Positions 24,701 through 36,086 of a stretch of 38,886 nucleotides of DNA are shown here, one piece after another. The translations under genes and the position numbers were made by a program. This DNA comes from Octopus sinensis (taxonomy: Eukaryota), in assembly GCF_006345805.1 (NCBI RefSeq), contig NW_021829653.1:1-38886 (forward strand). The letters are read 5' to 3'. Position 1 is the stretch's first letter, and each line of letters starts with the position of its first letter. Under the pieces are notes generated by a model, which saw only the letters and a program-made list of their open reading frames with translations, was not told the origin of the DNA and made no database searches.

Positions 24701-25095
24701 GTGGAGCCGCAATGGCCCAGTGGTTAGGGCAGCGGACTCGCGGTTTCAATTCCCAGACTGGGCCTTGTGTGTGTTTATTGAACGAAAACGCCGAAAGCTC
24801 CACGAGGCTCCGGCAGAGGGTGGTGGCGACCCCTGTTGTACTCTTTCGCCCCAACTTTCTCTCACTCTTTTTTTCCTGTTTCTTATCCCCGACTTCCTAC
24901 GCAACCGCTGAGCCTGGATGCGCATTCATCCATCCGTCGATGCTCTCGGTGTCGGGGGGGTTGACCTGCTTTCTCTTCTGCGGGTCTTACGAATAGCAAA
25001 GGACCACGTTTCGGACTTCTCCCAAGGACGAAGACCGCTTCGCTCAACAAACAAACAAACAAACAAGCAACAGCAGCAGTAGCAGCAGCAGCAGC
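24701..25095 (+). mobile_element. SINE family C head + tail T2
   Basis: 13-bp TSD ACAGCAGTAGCAA at 24688-24700 and 25096-25108. Confidence 0.92.
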
Positions 25096-25842
25096 ACAGC
25101 AGTAGCAACAGCAGTATTACTGTTGTTCTCCGATCAGATTAGATTAATCGAATTATTTTATTAGAAATTAGAGACTAATTTGGAGATTTTGGAGTTGGTA
25201 CAGACGTAGGGGGTACAAGAATTCTTGACAGACCAATAACGAGTCTTAAAAGCTACCATTTTGTCGTTTTGGATCTCACTTGGGTCGATATTTTTTTACT
25301 TGTCATCTCACTCTCGCTCCAAGAGTAACAAATAACAAAAATTGCTTCTTGCACCATAATTGATTTATAGGTATTATCGAGTTATTACTTAAAAACCAAG
25401 CCATCTTCTGCAATAACAAAAAAAAAAAAAAAAGACAAAATACCCCAAAGAAACTCTTATTGATAAAAAAAAACAACAGCAAGAGAAACGCCGCAAGCAA
25501 GTCCACTCTAAAATGTTCTGGAAACTTCTTGTGTGCTCTAACAACAACAACTGCAACAACAACAAAAGTATCTTTAGTTTTATTACCGCTGACACGACTA
25601 AAACAAAATAAAAAGGCCAAATATTTTATGTGAGGAAAAAAATAAAATTAATAAATAAAAACGTTATTCCAAATTCAAACAAAGTCTTAAGCTGTAAAAA
25701 TCTAAATGAAATTTAAGATATTTTGCTATTAATTCCTATCTGGTAATTTTTGTTTATAGAGTTAAAAGTTTTTCGAGTTTAAATAACTTTTAAGAATTGA
25801 TTAATTAGTATTATTGTTATTGTTATATTATTATTATTATTA

Positions 25843-25878
<36 letters not shown>

Positions 25879-25933
25879 TATTATTAGTATTCTATGTTTG
25901 ACTTTTGCTTTACATTTGTACAAGTTGGCTCCA

Positions 25934-26303
25934 AGTATCGATCTATTGCATTTCAATCTGTTTTAGGGTTAGGGTTAGTTAGAGTTAGTTAGGGTTAGGG
26001 TTAGGGGTGGGGGGAATGTATCTTTTTTTTTCTTCAGAAATGTAAATAAACCCAATCTGTTTCTTAAACGAGGGAATATTCATACGGCACAGAATGTTTT
26101 TTAACTCAACAGACGTCATTGATTGGTTGAGATTGCAGAAATTGAAGAAAAAACAACAAATATCTTACAAACTATAGAATTTTCTCAATAAAGCCAAGAA
26201 AAAAAGATGTTTTATAAACACATTCTACCAGTATACGAAGTTTAAAAGTGTTTAGTTACGTGGAAATTATTTTTAAAAACTGCCGTTCAAACCGAAAAGA
26301 TCC
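25934..26303. mobile_element. TTAGGG-bearing MITE lacking its left TIR
   Basis: The body matches 8194-8624; the right TIR ends at 26303. Confidence 0.9.
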
Positions 26304-27090
26304 TATTATTTGAGCAGAAAACCAATTAAGGGCCAGAGGAAGAGGAACACAGTCTAATGAATCAACCCCTACATTATTATTTGCATTTATTTTATCGGGG
26401 ATTGGTGATAGAGCAAGCAGCGTGGACACCAGTGGGATTTGAACACCGACTGGAGCGAGAAGCCACGTCTATTGAATTAGGTAATACTTGCCTCTAACGC
26501 TATTGTTGTATATTGTGTAAGAGAGAGTGTTTTCTAATCTGGGCGATGATGGCTAAACAAACAACTAATCAATCAAACAAACAATATAAAAAGGAAAAAA
26601 TAATAATACGACGAAGAAATAAAATGACATATTTCTGACATGTGTATGTAATAGATTGATAAATACCAATTTGGGTGTCTGCAAACACAATGTGAATATT
26701 TTCGTTTATTCTAGCAATAAAATTCACAAACAAATATTTCAGGTTTGTAAATATCAACGTAAGACAATATATCATTGGTTTAATACAATAGATATATTCT
26801 TTTTATTGTCTTATGAAATCAATATACATGTCTACACATTGTAAAAATATAGTAACGGTTTTCCAGAACCGGCTATTAACCTTATCGTTTCCGTTTCTCT
26901 CGACATTAAAATTTGACTGTTTTCTTCTATAATCAGACGGTCAAGTTCTAAGCATTTCTTTCTTTATTTTTCTTCTCAGTTTTGCGAACATGTTATAACT
27001 GTACAGTGTGACGACATGAAGGGTAATGAATTCAGTTGATTGCTACGCTGACCTGAATTGCCTCCATGTCATGAAACGAGCAAAGCCAGT

Positions 27091-27514
27091 GGATCTTTTC
27101 AGTTTGAACGGCAGTTTTTTTCTAGAGGTGTCATATGAAATTGTCACCCATAATTATGACCCTGGTATCGAGCTATTGCATTTCAATCTGATTTAGGGTT
27201 AGGGTTAGGGGTGGGGGGGAAGGGCATCTTTTTTTCTTCAGAAATGTAAATAAACCCAATCTGTTTCTTAAACGAGGGACATATTCATACGGCACAGAAT
27301 GTTTTTTTTACCTCAATAGACGTCACTGATTGGTTGAAATTGCAGAAATTGAAGAAAAAAAAAACAACAAATATCTAACAAACTATAGAATTTTCTCAAT
27401 AAAGCCAAGAGAAAAAGATGTTTTATGAACACATTCTACCAGTATAAGAAGTTTAAAAGTGTTTAGTTACCTAGAAATTATTTTAAAAAACTGCCGTTCA
27501 AACCGAAAAGATCC
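27091..27514. mobile_element. TTAGGG-bearing MITE, full length
   Basis: Both TIRs are present. Flanks AAGCCAGT / AGGCCAGC form a 6/8 degenerate TSD. Confidence 0.92.
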
Positions 27515-27555
27515 AGGCCAGCAACTCGCATCAGCGTTACACAACAGAAACCGCA

Positions 27556-27926
27556 AGTGGAGGCGCAATGGCCCAATGGTTAGGGCAGTGGACTCGCGGT
27601 CGGAGGATCGCGGTTTCGATTCCCAGACAGGGCGTTGTGTGTGTTTATTGAGCGAAAACACCTAAAGCTCCACGAGACTCCGGCAGGGGGTGGTGGCGAC
27701 CCCTGTTGTACTCTTTCGCTCCAATTTTCTCTCATTCTTTCTTCCTGTTTCTTGTCCCCGACTTCCTACGCAACCGCTGAGCCTGGATGCGCATTCATCC
27801 ACCCGTCGATGCTCTCGGTGTCGGGGGTTGACCTGCTTTCTCTTCTGCGGGTCTTACGAATAGCAAAGGACCACGTTTCGGACTTCTCCCACTATGGGAC
27901 GAAAACCGCTACGCTCACAGCAACAG
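27556..27926 (+). mobile_element. SINE family C head + tail T2
   Basis: 14-bp TSD CAACAGAAACCGCA at 27542-27555 and 27927-27940. Confidence 0.93.
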
Positions 27927-27993
27927 CAACAGAAACCGCAGATTCACGCGTTGAAAGCCAACCTCAGATTCACTTACAAAAAGACTAAATATG

Positions 27994-28214
27994 TATTTCA
28001 CTATTGCCCACAAGGGGCTAAACACAGAGGGGACAAACGGATTATGTCGATTACATCGACCCCAGGGCGTAACTGGTACTTAATTTATCGACCCCGAAAG
28101 GACGAAAGGCAAAATCGACCTCGGCGGAATTTGAACTCAGAACGTAACGGCAGACGAAATACGGCTACGCATTTCGCCCGGCGTGCTAACTAGTCTGCCA
28201 GCTCGCCGCCTTAG
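27994..28214 (-). mobile_element. SINE family B monomer (satellite-type tail)
   Basis: 18-bp TSD ACAAAAAGACTAAATATG at 27976-27993 and 28215-28232. Confidence 0.93.
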
Positions 28215-28467
28215 ACAAAAAGACTAAATATGATTGATCTAAGATAGAAGCATTGATAATATATTAGATACCAATTATAAAGGTGTGCTGCACCTAACCA
28301 AATCGATTGATAAATATTCTAATGACAGAAGGTTTAACATTTCTCTTACTTTCTACGCTGCGGCATATTGTCCACATCAAGATTAAATAACTTTCAAGGG
28401 TTTAGCCTCTCCTAGCTGAAAAGTGTTATTATTGAACGCTATAATTCCTTAGCTAAGAGTAACTTTG

Positions 28468-28949
28468 TGGAGGCGCGTGGCTTAATGGTTAGGGTGTCGG
28501 CATCATGATCGTTAGATTGTGGTTTCGAATCCCGGACCGGGCGACGCGTTGTGTTCTTGAGCAAAACACTTCATTTCACGTTGCTCCAGTCCACTCAGCT
28601 GGCAAATATGAGTAACGCTGCGATGGACTGGCGTTCCGTCCAGCTGGGGGAAGCACATACGCCATAGAAACCGGGAAACCGGGCCCGTGAACCTGGATAG
28701 GCTTTAAAAGGGCGCATTTTTTGCTGCGATGGACTGGTGTCCCGTCCAGGTGGGGGAAGCACATACGCCACAGAAACCGGGAATCCGGGCCCATGAACCT
28801 GGATAGGCTTTAATAGGGTGCATTTTTTGCTGTGATGGACTGGTGTCCCGTCCAGGTGGGGGAAGCACATACGCCACAGAAACCGGGAATCCGGGCCCAT
28901 GAACCTGGATAGGCTTTAAAAGGGCGCATAAATAAATAAAAAAAATAAA
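28468..28949 (+). mobile_element. SINE family D (tRNA head, CORE-like centre) with tail T3 triplicated
   Basis: Head GGAGGCGCGTGGCTTAATGGTTAGG. The 106-bp tail module starts at 28617, 28723 and 28829, followed by an A-rich end. Confidence 0.9.
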
Positions 28950-29187
28950 GTGTATCTTTATAACTGATCAATATTTTCACATACTTTCTGTAATCGAATG
29001 TTTTCTAGTCGTGACCACCTTGCCTTTTTTTCTAGGCTACTTTATTTTAAGTATCCTTCCAATTTTCAAGATATTATCATGTGATTTGATGCAGATTTAG
29101 CACCTGTTTCTAAGCAAGTCAAATGACCGCGTAGAAGATCTCATATAATTTGAAATCGAAATTTTCTCGTGTCATCATTAAGTTACT

Positions 29188-29645
29188 TCGACGGAATTTG
29201 AACTCAGAACCTAGACACAGGCGAAAATACCTATTTCTTTACTACCCACAAGGGGCTAAACACAGAGCGGCAAACAAGGACAGACATAGGTATTAAGTCG
29301 ATTACATCGACCCCAGTGCGTAACTGGTACTTAATTTATCGACCCCGAAAGGATGAAAGGCAAAGTCGACCTCAGCGGAATTTGAACTCACAACGTAACG
29401 CAGACGAAATACCTATTTCTTTATTACCCACAAGGGGCTAAACATAGAGGAGACAAACATGGACAGACATAGGTATTAAGTCGATTATATCGACCCCAGT
29501 GCTTAACTGGTACTTAATTTATCGACCCCGAAAGGATGAAAGGCAAAGTCGACCCCGGCGGAATTTGAACTCAGAACGTAACGGCAGCCGAAATACCGCT
29601 AAGCATTTCGCCCGACGTGCTAACGACTCTGCCAGCTCGCCGCCC
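29188..29645 (-). mobile_element. SINE family B multimer (head + 2 units + partial third)
   Basis: Junctions AATACCTATTTC at ~29227 and ~29409; the 3' end stops just after the third B-box. Confidence 0.92.
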
Positions 29646-30093
29646 GAAGGAAGGAATAAATAATGGAAAGACGTTCGTTGATTAATTATGAAATAAAATT
29701 TTTAAATTCCTGACCAGTTCATCGAAAAGTCGATACGAGTCAGTGAATTTGAATGCTTCTAAGAAGTTGACCCGAGGATAAAATTTTGCTTCCTAGTCAT
29801 ATCTAAACAACGAACTTGGCAATATTTTAAAAAATCGATCGGTTCCTTTTGTATTCCACTTTTCATCTTTCTTCTTCGATATTGGGTTTTTGTTTGAAAG
29901 AGTTTCACTGCCAAAGTCCGATATTTCTTTCGTCTTGTTTCAAAATTTTGTCTCTGGAGTAATTTTTCTTCCAAGATTTTGTGCGGAGATTATTATGTCG
30001 GAGCGATTTTAAGATCTCATGCGTGGTTGTGTGGTAAGAAGCTTGCTTTCCGACCACACGGTTCCAGGTTCAGACCCACTGCGTGGCACATTG

Positions 30094-30479
30094 GAATGGA
30101 AGCACTCCGTCGGTTACGACGACGAGGGTTCCGGTTGATCCGATCAACGGAACAGCCTGCTCGTGAAATTAACGTGTAAGTGACTGAGCACTCCACAGAC
30201 ACGTGTACCCTTAACGTAGTTCTCGGGGATATTCAGCGTGACACAGAGAGTGGCAAGGCCGGTCCTTTGAAATACAGGTACAGCAGAAACAGGAAGTAAG
30301 AGTGAGAGAAAGTTGTGGTGAAAGAGTACAGCAGGGATCACCACCATCCCTGCCGGAGCCTCGTGGAGCTTTAGGTGTTTTCGCTCAATAAACACTCACA
30401 ACGCCCGGTCTGGGAATCGAAACCGCGATCCTACGACCGCGAGTCCACTGCCCTAACCACTGGTCCATTGCGCCTCCAC
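30094..30479 (-). mobile_element. SINE C head + tail T1 nested in SINE A
   Basis: 13-bp TSD GCGTGGCACATTG at 30081-30093 and 30480-30492. Confidence 0.93.
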
Positions 30480-30590
30480 GCGTGGCACATTGAGCAAGTG
30501 TCTTCTACTATAGCCTCGGGCCGATTGATGCCATGTAAGAGGATTTGGTAGAAGGAAACTGAAAGAAGCCCGTCGTATGTATGTATATAT

Positions 30591-30867
30591 TCTTTTATTA
30601 TTTTGTTTGTTTCAGTCATTTGACTGCGGTCATGCAGGAGCAGGGCCTTAAAGAGCTTTAGTAGAAGAAATCCACCCCAAGACTAGTACTTATTCCATCG
30701 GTTAATTTTGCCGAAGCTCTAAGTTACGGGGACGTAAACACACAAGCATCGATTTCAAGCAATGGTGGGGCAATAAACAGACACACAAACAAACACACAC
30801 ACATATTCATACATGTGACGGGCTTCTTTCAGTTTCCGTCTACCAAGTCCACTCACAAAGCCTTGGT
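30591..30867 (-). mobile_element. 5'-truncated SINE A nested in the microsatellite of the host SINE A
   Basis: Reverse-complement tail through CACTCACAAAGCCTTGGT. Confidence 0.82.
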
Positions 30868-31481
30868 ATATATATATATATAGCGCGCGCGCGTGTGTGT
30901 GTGTGTGCGCGTGTGTCTTTGTGTTTTTGTCACTCACCACCGCTTAACAACCGGTGTTGGTGTGTTTATGTTACCCGTAACTTAGCGGCTCGGAAAAACT
31001 GACCGATCGAATAAGTACAAGGCTTAACGAAAAAAAAAACAAACAAAAAAAACAAAAAAGAAGTACTGGGGTTGATTCACTCGACTAAAAAGTTGTTGAA
31101 GACTGTGCTCCAGTATGGCCGCAGTCTAACGACTGAAGCAAGTAAAAGATAAAAGATTAAACACAAATTTTATTCTAGTTCATCGATGTAATTACATTTC
31201 GGGGAAAGTGACTTTATTTCAGTCTTAAATTAAAAGAAAAAGCTATTAAAGTTAATTAGACCTTTTAAGAGTCACTCAGTTCCATAGAGTTGGTTCACAT
31301 CCATGGTTTTCCTTATGCAAATGAGAAATACTTGTTACCCTGGCAAAAGGACGATGGTCAGGAAATAGTCAAGATAGTAATCAACACTGGAGGCAAACGA
31401 AATCGTCATTACTCACATGCGTTGTGGAAACTACTCCAGAAAACGTTTTAGCTTACTATGATCGTTTCACATCGACTTTTA

Positions 31482-31484
<3 letters not shown>

Positions 31485-31568
<84 letters not shown>

Positions 31569-32029
31569 TATATATATATATATATATATATATATTCTCT
31601 GCAGAAAATATTTCTCTGCTCTGCGTTTGCTGAATTTTCTTGAGACACTCTTTTCCTAATGGTCAGACCATATGAAGTCTACTTCTAGCATAGTTGATGT
31701 CCACCTAGTGGTCGTCCCTCAATGTAATATAATGTTCCTGAATCTGCAGATTTTTCAGTATGCTAGGCTACTGGTTTTAAATTGATATTAATCAAATTAA
31801 TATTCTATTTTTCTAGGATATATATATATATATATATATATAGACATATGATCTATGTATATAGGATTATATATATATTTATACATAGGATATATTATAA
31901 TATATATATATATAATTTTATATATATGATATATATAAGGTATATAATATATATGGGATACATAAATATTATATATTTATAGATATATATATATATATTA
32001 TATATTTATATATATATATATATATATAC

Positions 32030-32078
<49 letters not shown>

Positions 32079-32097
32079 ATATATATATACATATAGG

Positions 32098-32138
<41 letters not shown>

Positions 32139-32255
32139 ATATATATACATATTGGATATATATATTATATCTATATATAGGCCTTTTATATATATAATAT
32201 AATATATAGGATATATATATATACATGATAAATATGCATATATATGATATATGAT

Positions 32256-32301
<46 letters not shown>

Positions 32302-32310
32302 TACATATAA
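31485..32310. repeat. Extended AT-only low-complexity zone with recurring (TA)nGGA
   Basis: Direct reading; interrupted by unique sequence at 31595-31810. Confidence 0.85.
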
Positions 32311-32796
32311 ATATATATATCAGCATTATATCTGCGTGTGGACAAACATACGCACGCACACACATATATTATATATAAATAGAGAGAGAGATACACCTGT
32401 TTTACAATTGTTATTGCTTACCAGTACTTCCGTTTGCCGTTCTGCCGAGAAGCGGCGAACATAAAAACTTTGCAGTTATATAGAAATGCGATGCAATTTA
32501 CATTAGCTCAGATCATTTTCTTATAAATATACTTCGGTGAAGTGAACTTTTAGTTTTTATGTCTTGTTTAGTATAAAGAGAATTTTTAACGACAGTCAAA
32601 TTGTCATTGTTATGCAAATTCGTCAGTTTGCGCTATAACTAAAGCAATTAAAATCGTCACGAGTTTATGATGCTAACCGTATATCCAACATTAGAAAGTA
32701 GAAAGTATGATGAAATTGAACTGTCTGAGATAAAGTGTCTTCATAAACTTGTGATGCCAAAAACAATCCCCGTCATTTATTAATATATATATATAT

Positions 32797-32829
<33 letters not shown>

Positions 32830-33019
32830 GTATATGTATATATGGATATATAACGCAGAGCTATAAAGAAATTTCACCTCAGACCTTAGACAATTCCACA
32901 AAACTGTGCCTTCTAAAGGTGTGTATATAATTAGCTTTTAGATGATACACAGGTAGCCATTATAAGTTAAACTGTTCGGTTGCACACACATACAGACATA
33001 GCCATAGATGTAAAGTATA

Positions 33020-33129
33020 TAATATATATATATTATATATATATAAAACTTAGATAATTCGACCAAAGATTGGTCCAGGCCATGTCTAACTTAATAGCAA
33101 CACCTGATATGATTGTCTAAATATATATA

Positions 33130-33167
<38 letters not shown>

Positions 33168-33318
33168 CAATATATATATATATTTGTTTATTTATATGCA
33201 CACACAACACACACACACACACATATATATATATTATATATATAAAACTTAGATATATTTCGACCAAAGATTGGTCCAGGCCATGTCTAACTTAATAGCA
33301 CCACCTGATATGATTGTC

Positions 33319-33372
<54 letters not shown>

Positions 33373-33404
33373 ATATATATATATATTTGTTTATTATATG
33401 CACA

Positions 33405-33440
<36 letters not shown>
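33020..33440. repeat. Two-copy tandem duplication (~200-bp unit)
   Basis: CGACCAAAGATTGGTCCAGGCCATGTCTAACTTAATAGCA..CACCTGATATGATTGTCTAAA occurs at ~33060 and ~33261. Confidence 0.85.
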
Positions 33441-33456
<16 letters not shown>

Positions 33457-33606
33457 AATATACACTTATATATACATATGTATATATCATATATATATAT
33501 ATTATATACATATACATATACTCACATGGACGCACTTACTCACACATATCGTTGGAAAATCATAAATCCGAAAAAGAAGCACACTCTAAGCTATAGAGCA
33601 GAATAG

Positions 33607-33725
33607 TATAAAGATAGGCAAGGTCGGTCTATGGTATTACCCAGGGTTTCACGTCCATAAAGCTCTTAGCCTTATGGACGTGAAATCCAGGGTAATCCCA
33701 TAGACCGGCGTTATAAATCTTTATA
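33607..33725. other. 119-bp near-perfect palindrome (36-bp stem, 11-nt loop, outer 9-bp stem)
   Basis: 33625-33660 is the reverse complement of 33672-33707 at 33/36 positions. TATAAAGAT (33607) pairs with ATCTTTATA (33717). Confidence 0.9.
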
Positions 33726-33744
33726 TATGTATATATTGAGTTCA

Positions 33745-33933
33745 GTTTTTGGCACTAGGCCAGCAATTTCGGGAACAGGAGTAAGTCGATTACATCGATC
33801 AAAGTACTCAGCTGGTAGTTATTTTATCACAACCGAAAGGATGAAGTGCAAAGTTGATCTCAGTGGAATTTGAACTCAGAACGTAGAGAGGTCGAAATGC
33901 TGCTAATCGTTCGCCCGGCGTGCGAACGATTCT
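33745..33933 (-). mobile_element. SINE family B monomer, diverged
   Basis: AAAGGATGAAGTGCAAAGTTGATCTCAGTGGAATTTGAACTCAGAACG core. Confidence 0.8.
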
Positions 33934-34005
33934 GAACGATATCACAAATTTATATTTAATTAATATTCAATTTTTCACCCTTATTATTTTAAATTTACAT
34001 ACATA

Positions 34006-34172
34006 CGCAGGAGTGGCTGTGTGGTAAGTAGCTTGCTTACCAACCACATGGTTCCGGGTTCAGTCCCACTGCGTGGCATCTTGGGCTAGTGTCTTCTACT
34101 ACAGCCTCGGACTGACCAAAGCCTTGTGAGTCGATTTGGTAGACGGAAACTGAAAAGAAGCCCGTCGTATAT
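34006..34172 (+). mobile_element. SINE family A, 5' half
   Basis: Head through AAGCCCGTCGTATATA. Confidence 0.9.
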
Positions 34173-34364
34173 ACTAACTCAACCACACTTATATAAACAC
34201 CGAGGACACTCTTAACTTAAAAAGTCTTATCGTCCTATTAGCGACCGGCTTGAGTTCTCAAGAAACACTTAAGTATAACTTAAAGAAAACACACACACAC
34301 ATACACACACGCATATACATACATACATACATACATACATACATACATGCATACATACATGCAT

Positions 34365-34402
<38 letters not shown>

Positions 34403-34407
34403 ATATA

Positions 34408-34532
34408 GGCGCAGGAGTGGCTGTGTGTTAAGTAGCTTGCTTACCAACCACACGGTTCCAGGTTCAGTCCTACTGCGTGGCACCTTGGGCAAGTGTCTTC
34501 TACTATAGCCTCGGGCTGACCAAAGTCCGTCC

Positions 34533-34625
<93 letters not shown>

Positions 34626-34872
34626 ATATGTATATATATCTGCGTGTGTGTGTGTATTTGTGTGTCTGTGTTTGTGCCTCCAACATTGTTTGACAACCGA
34701 TGGTGGTGTGTTTACGTCCCCGTAATCTAGCGGTTCGGCAAAAGACAGACCCCGATAGAATAAGTACTAGGCTTACAAAGAATAAGTCCTGGGGGTCGAT
34801 TTGCTCGACTAAAGGCGGTGGTCCAGCATGGCCGCAGTCAAATGACTGAAACAAGTAAAAGAATAAAAGAGT
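34408..34872 (+). mobile_element. SINE family A with an internal deletion and a (TCTA)~23 expansion
   Basis: Head at 34408, (TCTA)n at 34533-34624, then the 3' half through the tail. Confidence 0.9.
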
Positions 34873-35464
34873 ATATAAATATATATATCATATACGCACA
34901 CGTATACACTCATATAAATATATAAGTATAACATTTCTTTACGAAATATATATCATGTTATGATTAAAATTAAAATGAAAAGATAAAACAAAACAAACAA
35001 ACGAAAAAAAAAATAAACAAAAAGCAAAAGAAGAGTGAAAGGCAAAATGTCGGGTGAAAGCAAAAGAAAATAAACGAAACATTATTCTAGAAAACTAATA
35101 AACTGATATTCCGTCTTTTTACACAATGTTTTATTGTCGACATAAAATTCTTCTTCGTATTACATGGTGTATTCGAACAATATAAAACCCAAAACTTCCA
35201 GACGTTCTTTAGTTATTTACTAAATCGACAAAATTTCTCGGTCACATTGATTGCCATCTTTGTTGTATAGAATAAAAACCGCCATTGTCGTTCTTGTTGT
35301 CTCTGTATTCTATTGGTGTTCGTGTCATTGTTTAGTGCTATGTCGGTTTTCACTGAACAGATACTACGGTCAGATGCATTTGAACCATGGTGTATTTTGA
35401 ACCATGGTCAATTTTTTTTGGGTTTGCACTGTCCAAAGGTGCGTGGCCCAGTGTTTAGAGTATA

Positions 35465-35612
35465 TTTTATCGTTTATCTTTCGCTTGTTCCAGTCATTAG
35501 GTTGCGGCCAAGCTGGGGCACCGCCTTGATGAATTTTCTGTCGAATATATCAACCCCAGAGCTTATATATCTGTTTTAAAGTCTGTTACTTACTCTATCA
35601 GTCTTTTAGGCC
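35465..35612 (-). mobile_element. Diverged SINE A-type 3' half
   Basis: CCAGTCATTAGGTTGCGGCCAAGCTGGGGCACCGCCTT resembles CAGTCATTTGACTGCGGCCATGCTGGAGCACCGCCTT. Confidence 0.6.
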
Positions 35613-35932
35613 GTTGGGTAGACCTAAGAGAAAACCAGCAGATAATGATATATTAAAACAGTGACTGAAAAATCGCTGATATCGCAATTAGAGGTAGGCT
35701 AAATAAAAATTCGTTGCAAGTAGACAATTACTACAGACAAAGCACACGAGCTGAAATATGCGTTCAGCAATGCCACTTCTGCTATTGGACAGTTTTATAG
35801 ATTGATTGGTGTGCTTTATATAAAAATAACACATCTATAAAAGATTTCTTGAGATGAAAACTGCATTTTAGCAGGCTTTTAACGATGTGTCGGTTTTAAG
35901 TAAGATACACAGATATGCATATATATCCCAAG

Positions 35933-36052
35933 GGCACAGGCGTAGCTGTGTAGTACGAAGTTTGATTCACACTCACACGGTTCTGGGTTCAATCCTACTG
36001 CGTGGCATTTTGGGCAAGTGTCTACTACTATAACCTCGGATCGGCCAAGGCT
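35933..36052 (+). mobile_element. Diverged SINE A 5' fragment
   Basis: GGGTTCAATCCTACTGCGTGGCATTTTGGGCAAGTGTCT. Confidence 0.75.
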
Positions 36053-36053
36053 G

Positions 36054-36086
<33 letters not shown>

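Larger units (their letters stand above)
30019..31156 (+). mobile_element. Host SINE A copy split by two nested insertions
   Basis: Head at 30019-30093, continuation at 30480-30590, and 3' half at ~30905-31156. Confidence 0.8.

Noticed and set aside
26345-26470. Very old SINE-B-like remnant
   Set aside because: Only short patches (GGGATTTGAAC, ATTTTATCG) match, too diverged to call by eye.
29759-29974. 71-aa basic minus-strand ORF
   Set aside because: Bounded by nearby stops, starts at TTG, and has no recognisable homology.
31701-31713. CTCF-like site (minus strand GACCACTAGGTGGAC)
   Set aside because: It mismatches the conserved C after GG, and a single motif in 39 kb is not significant without ChIP data.
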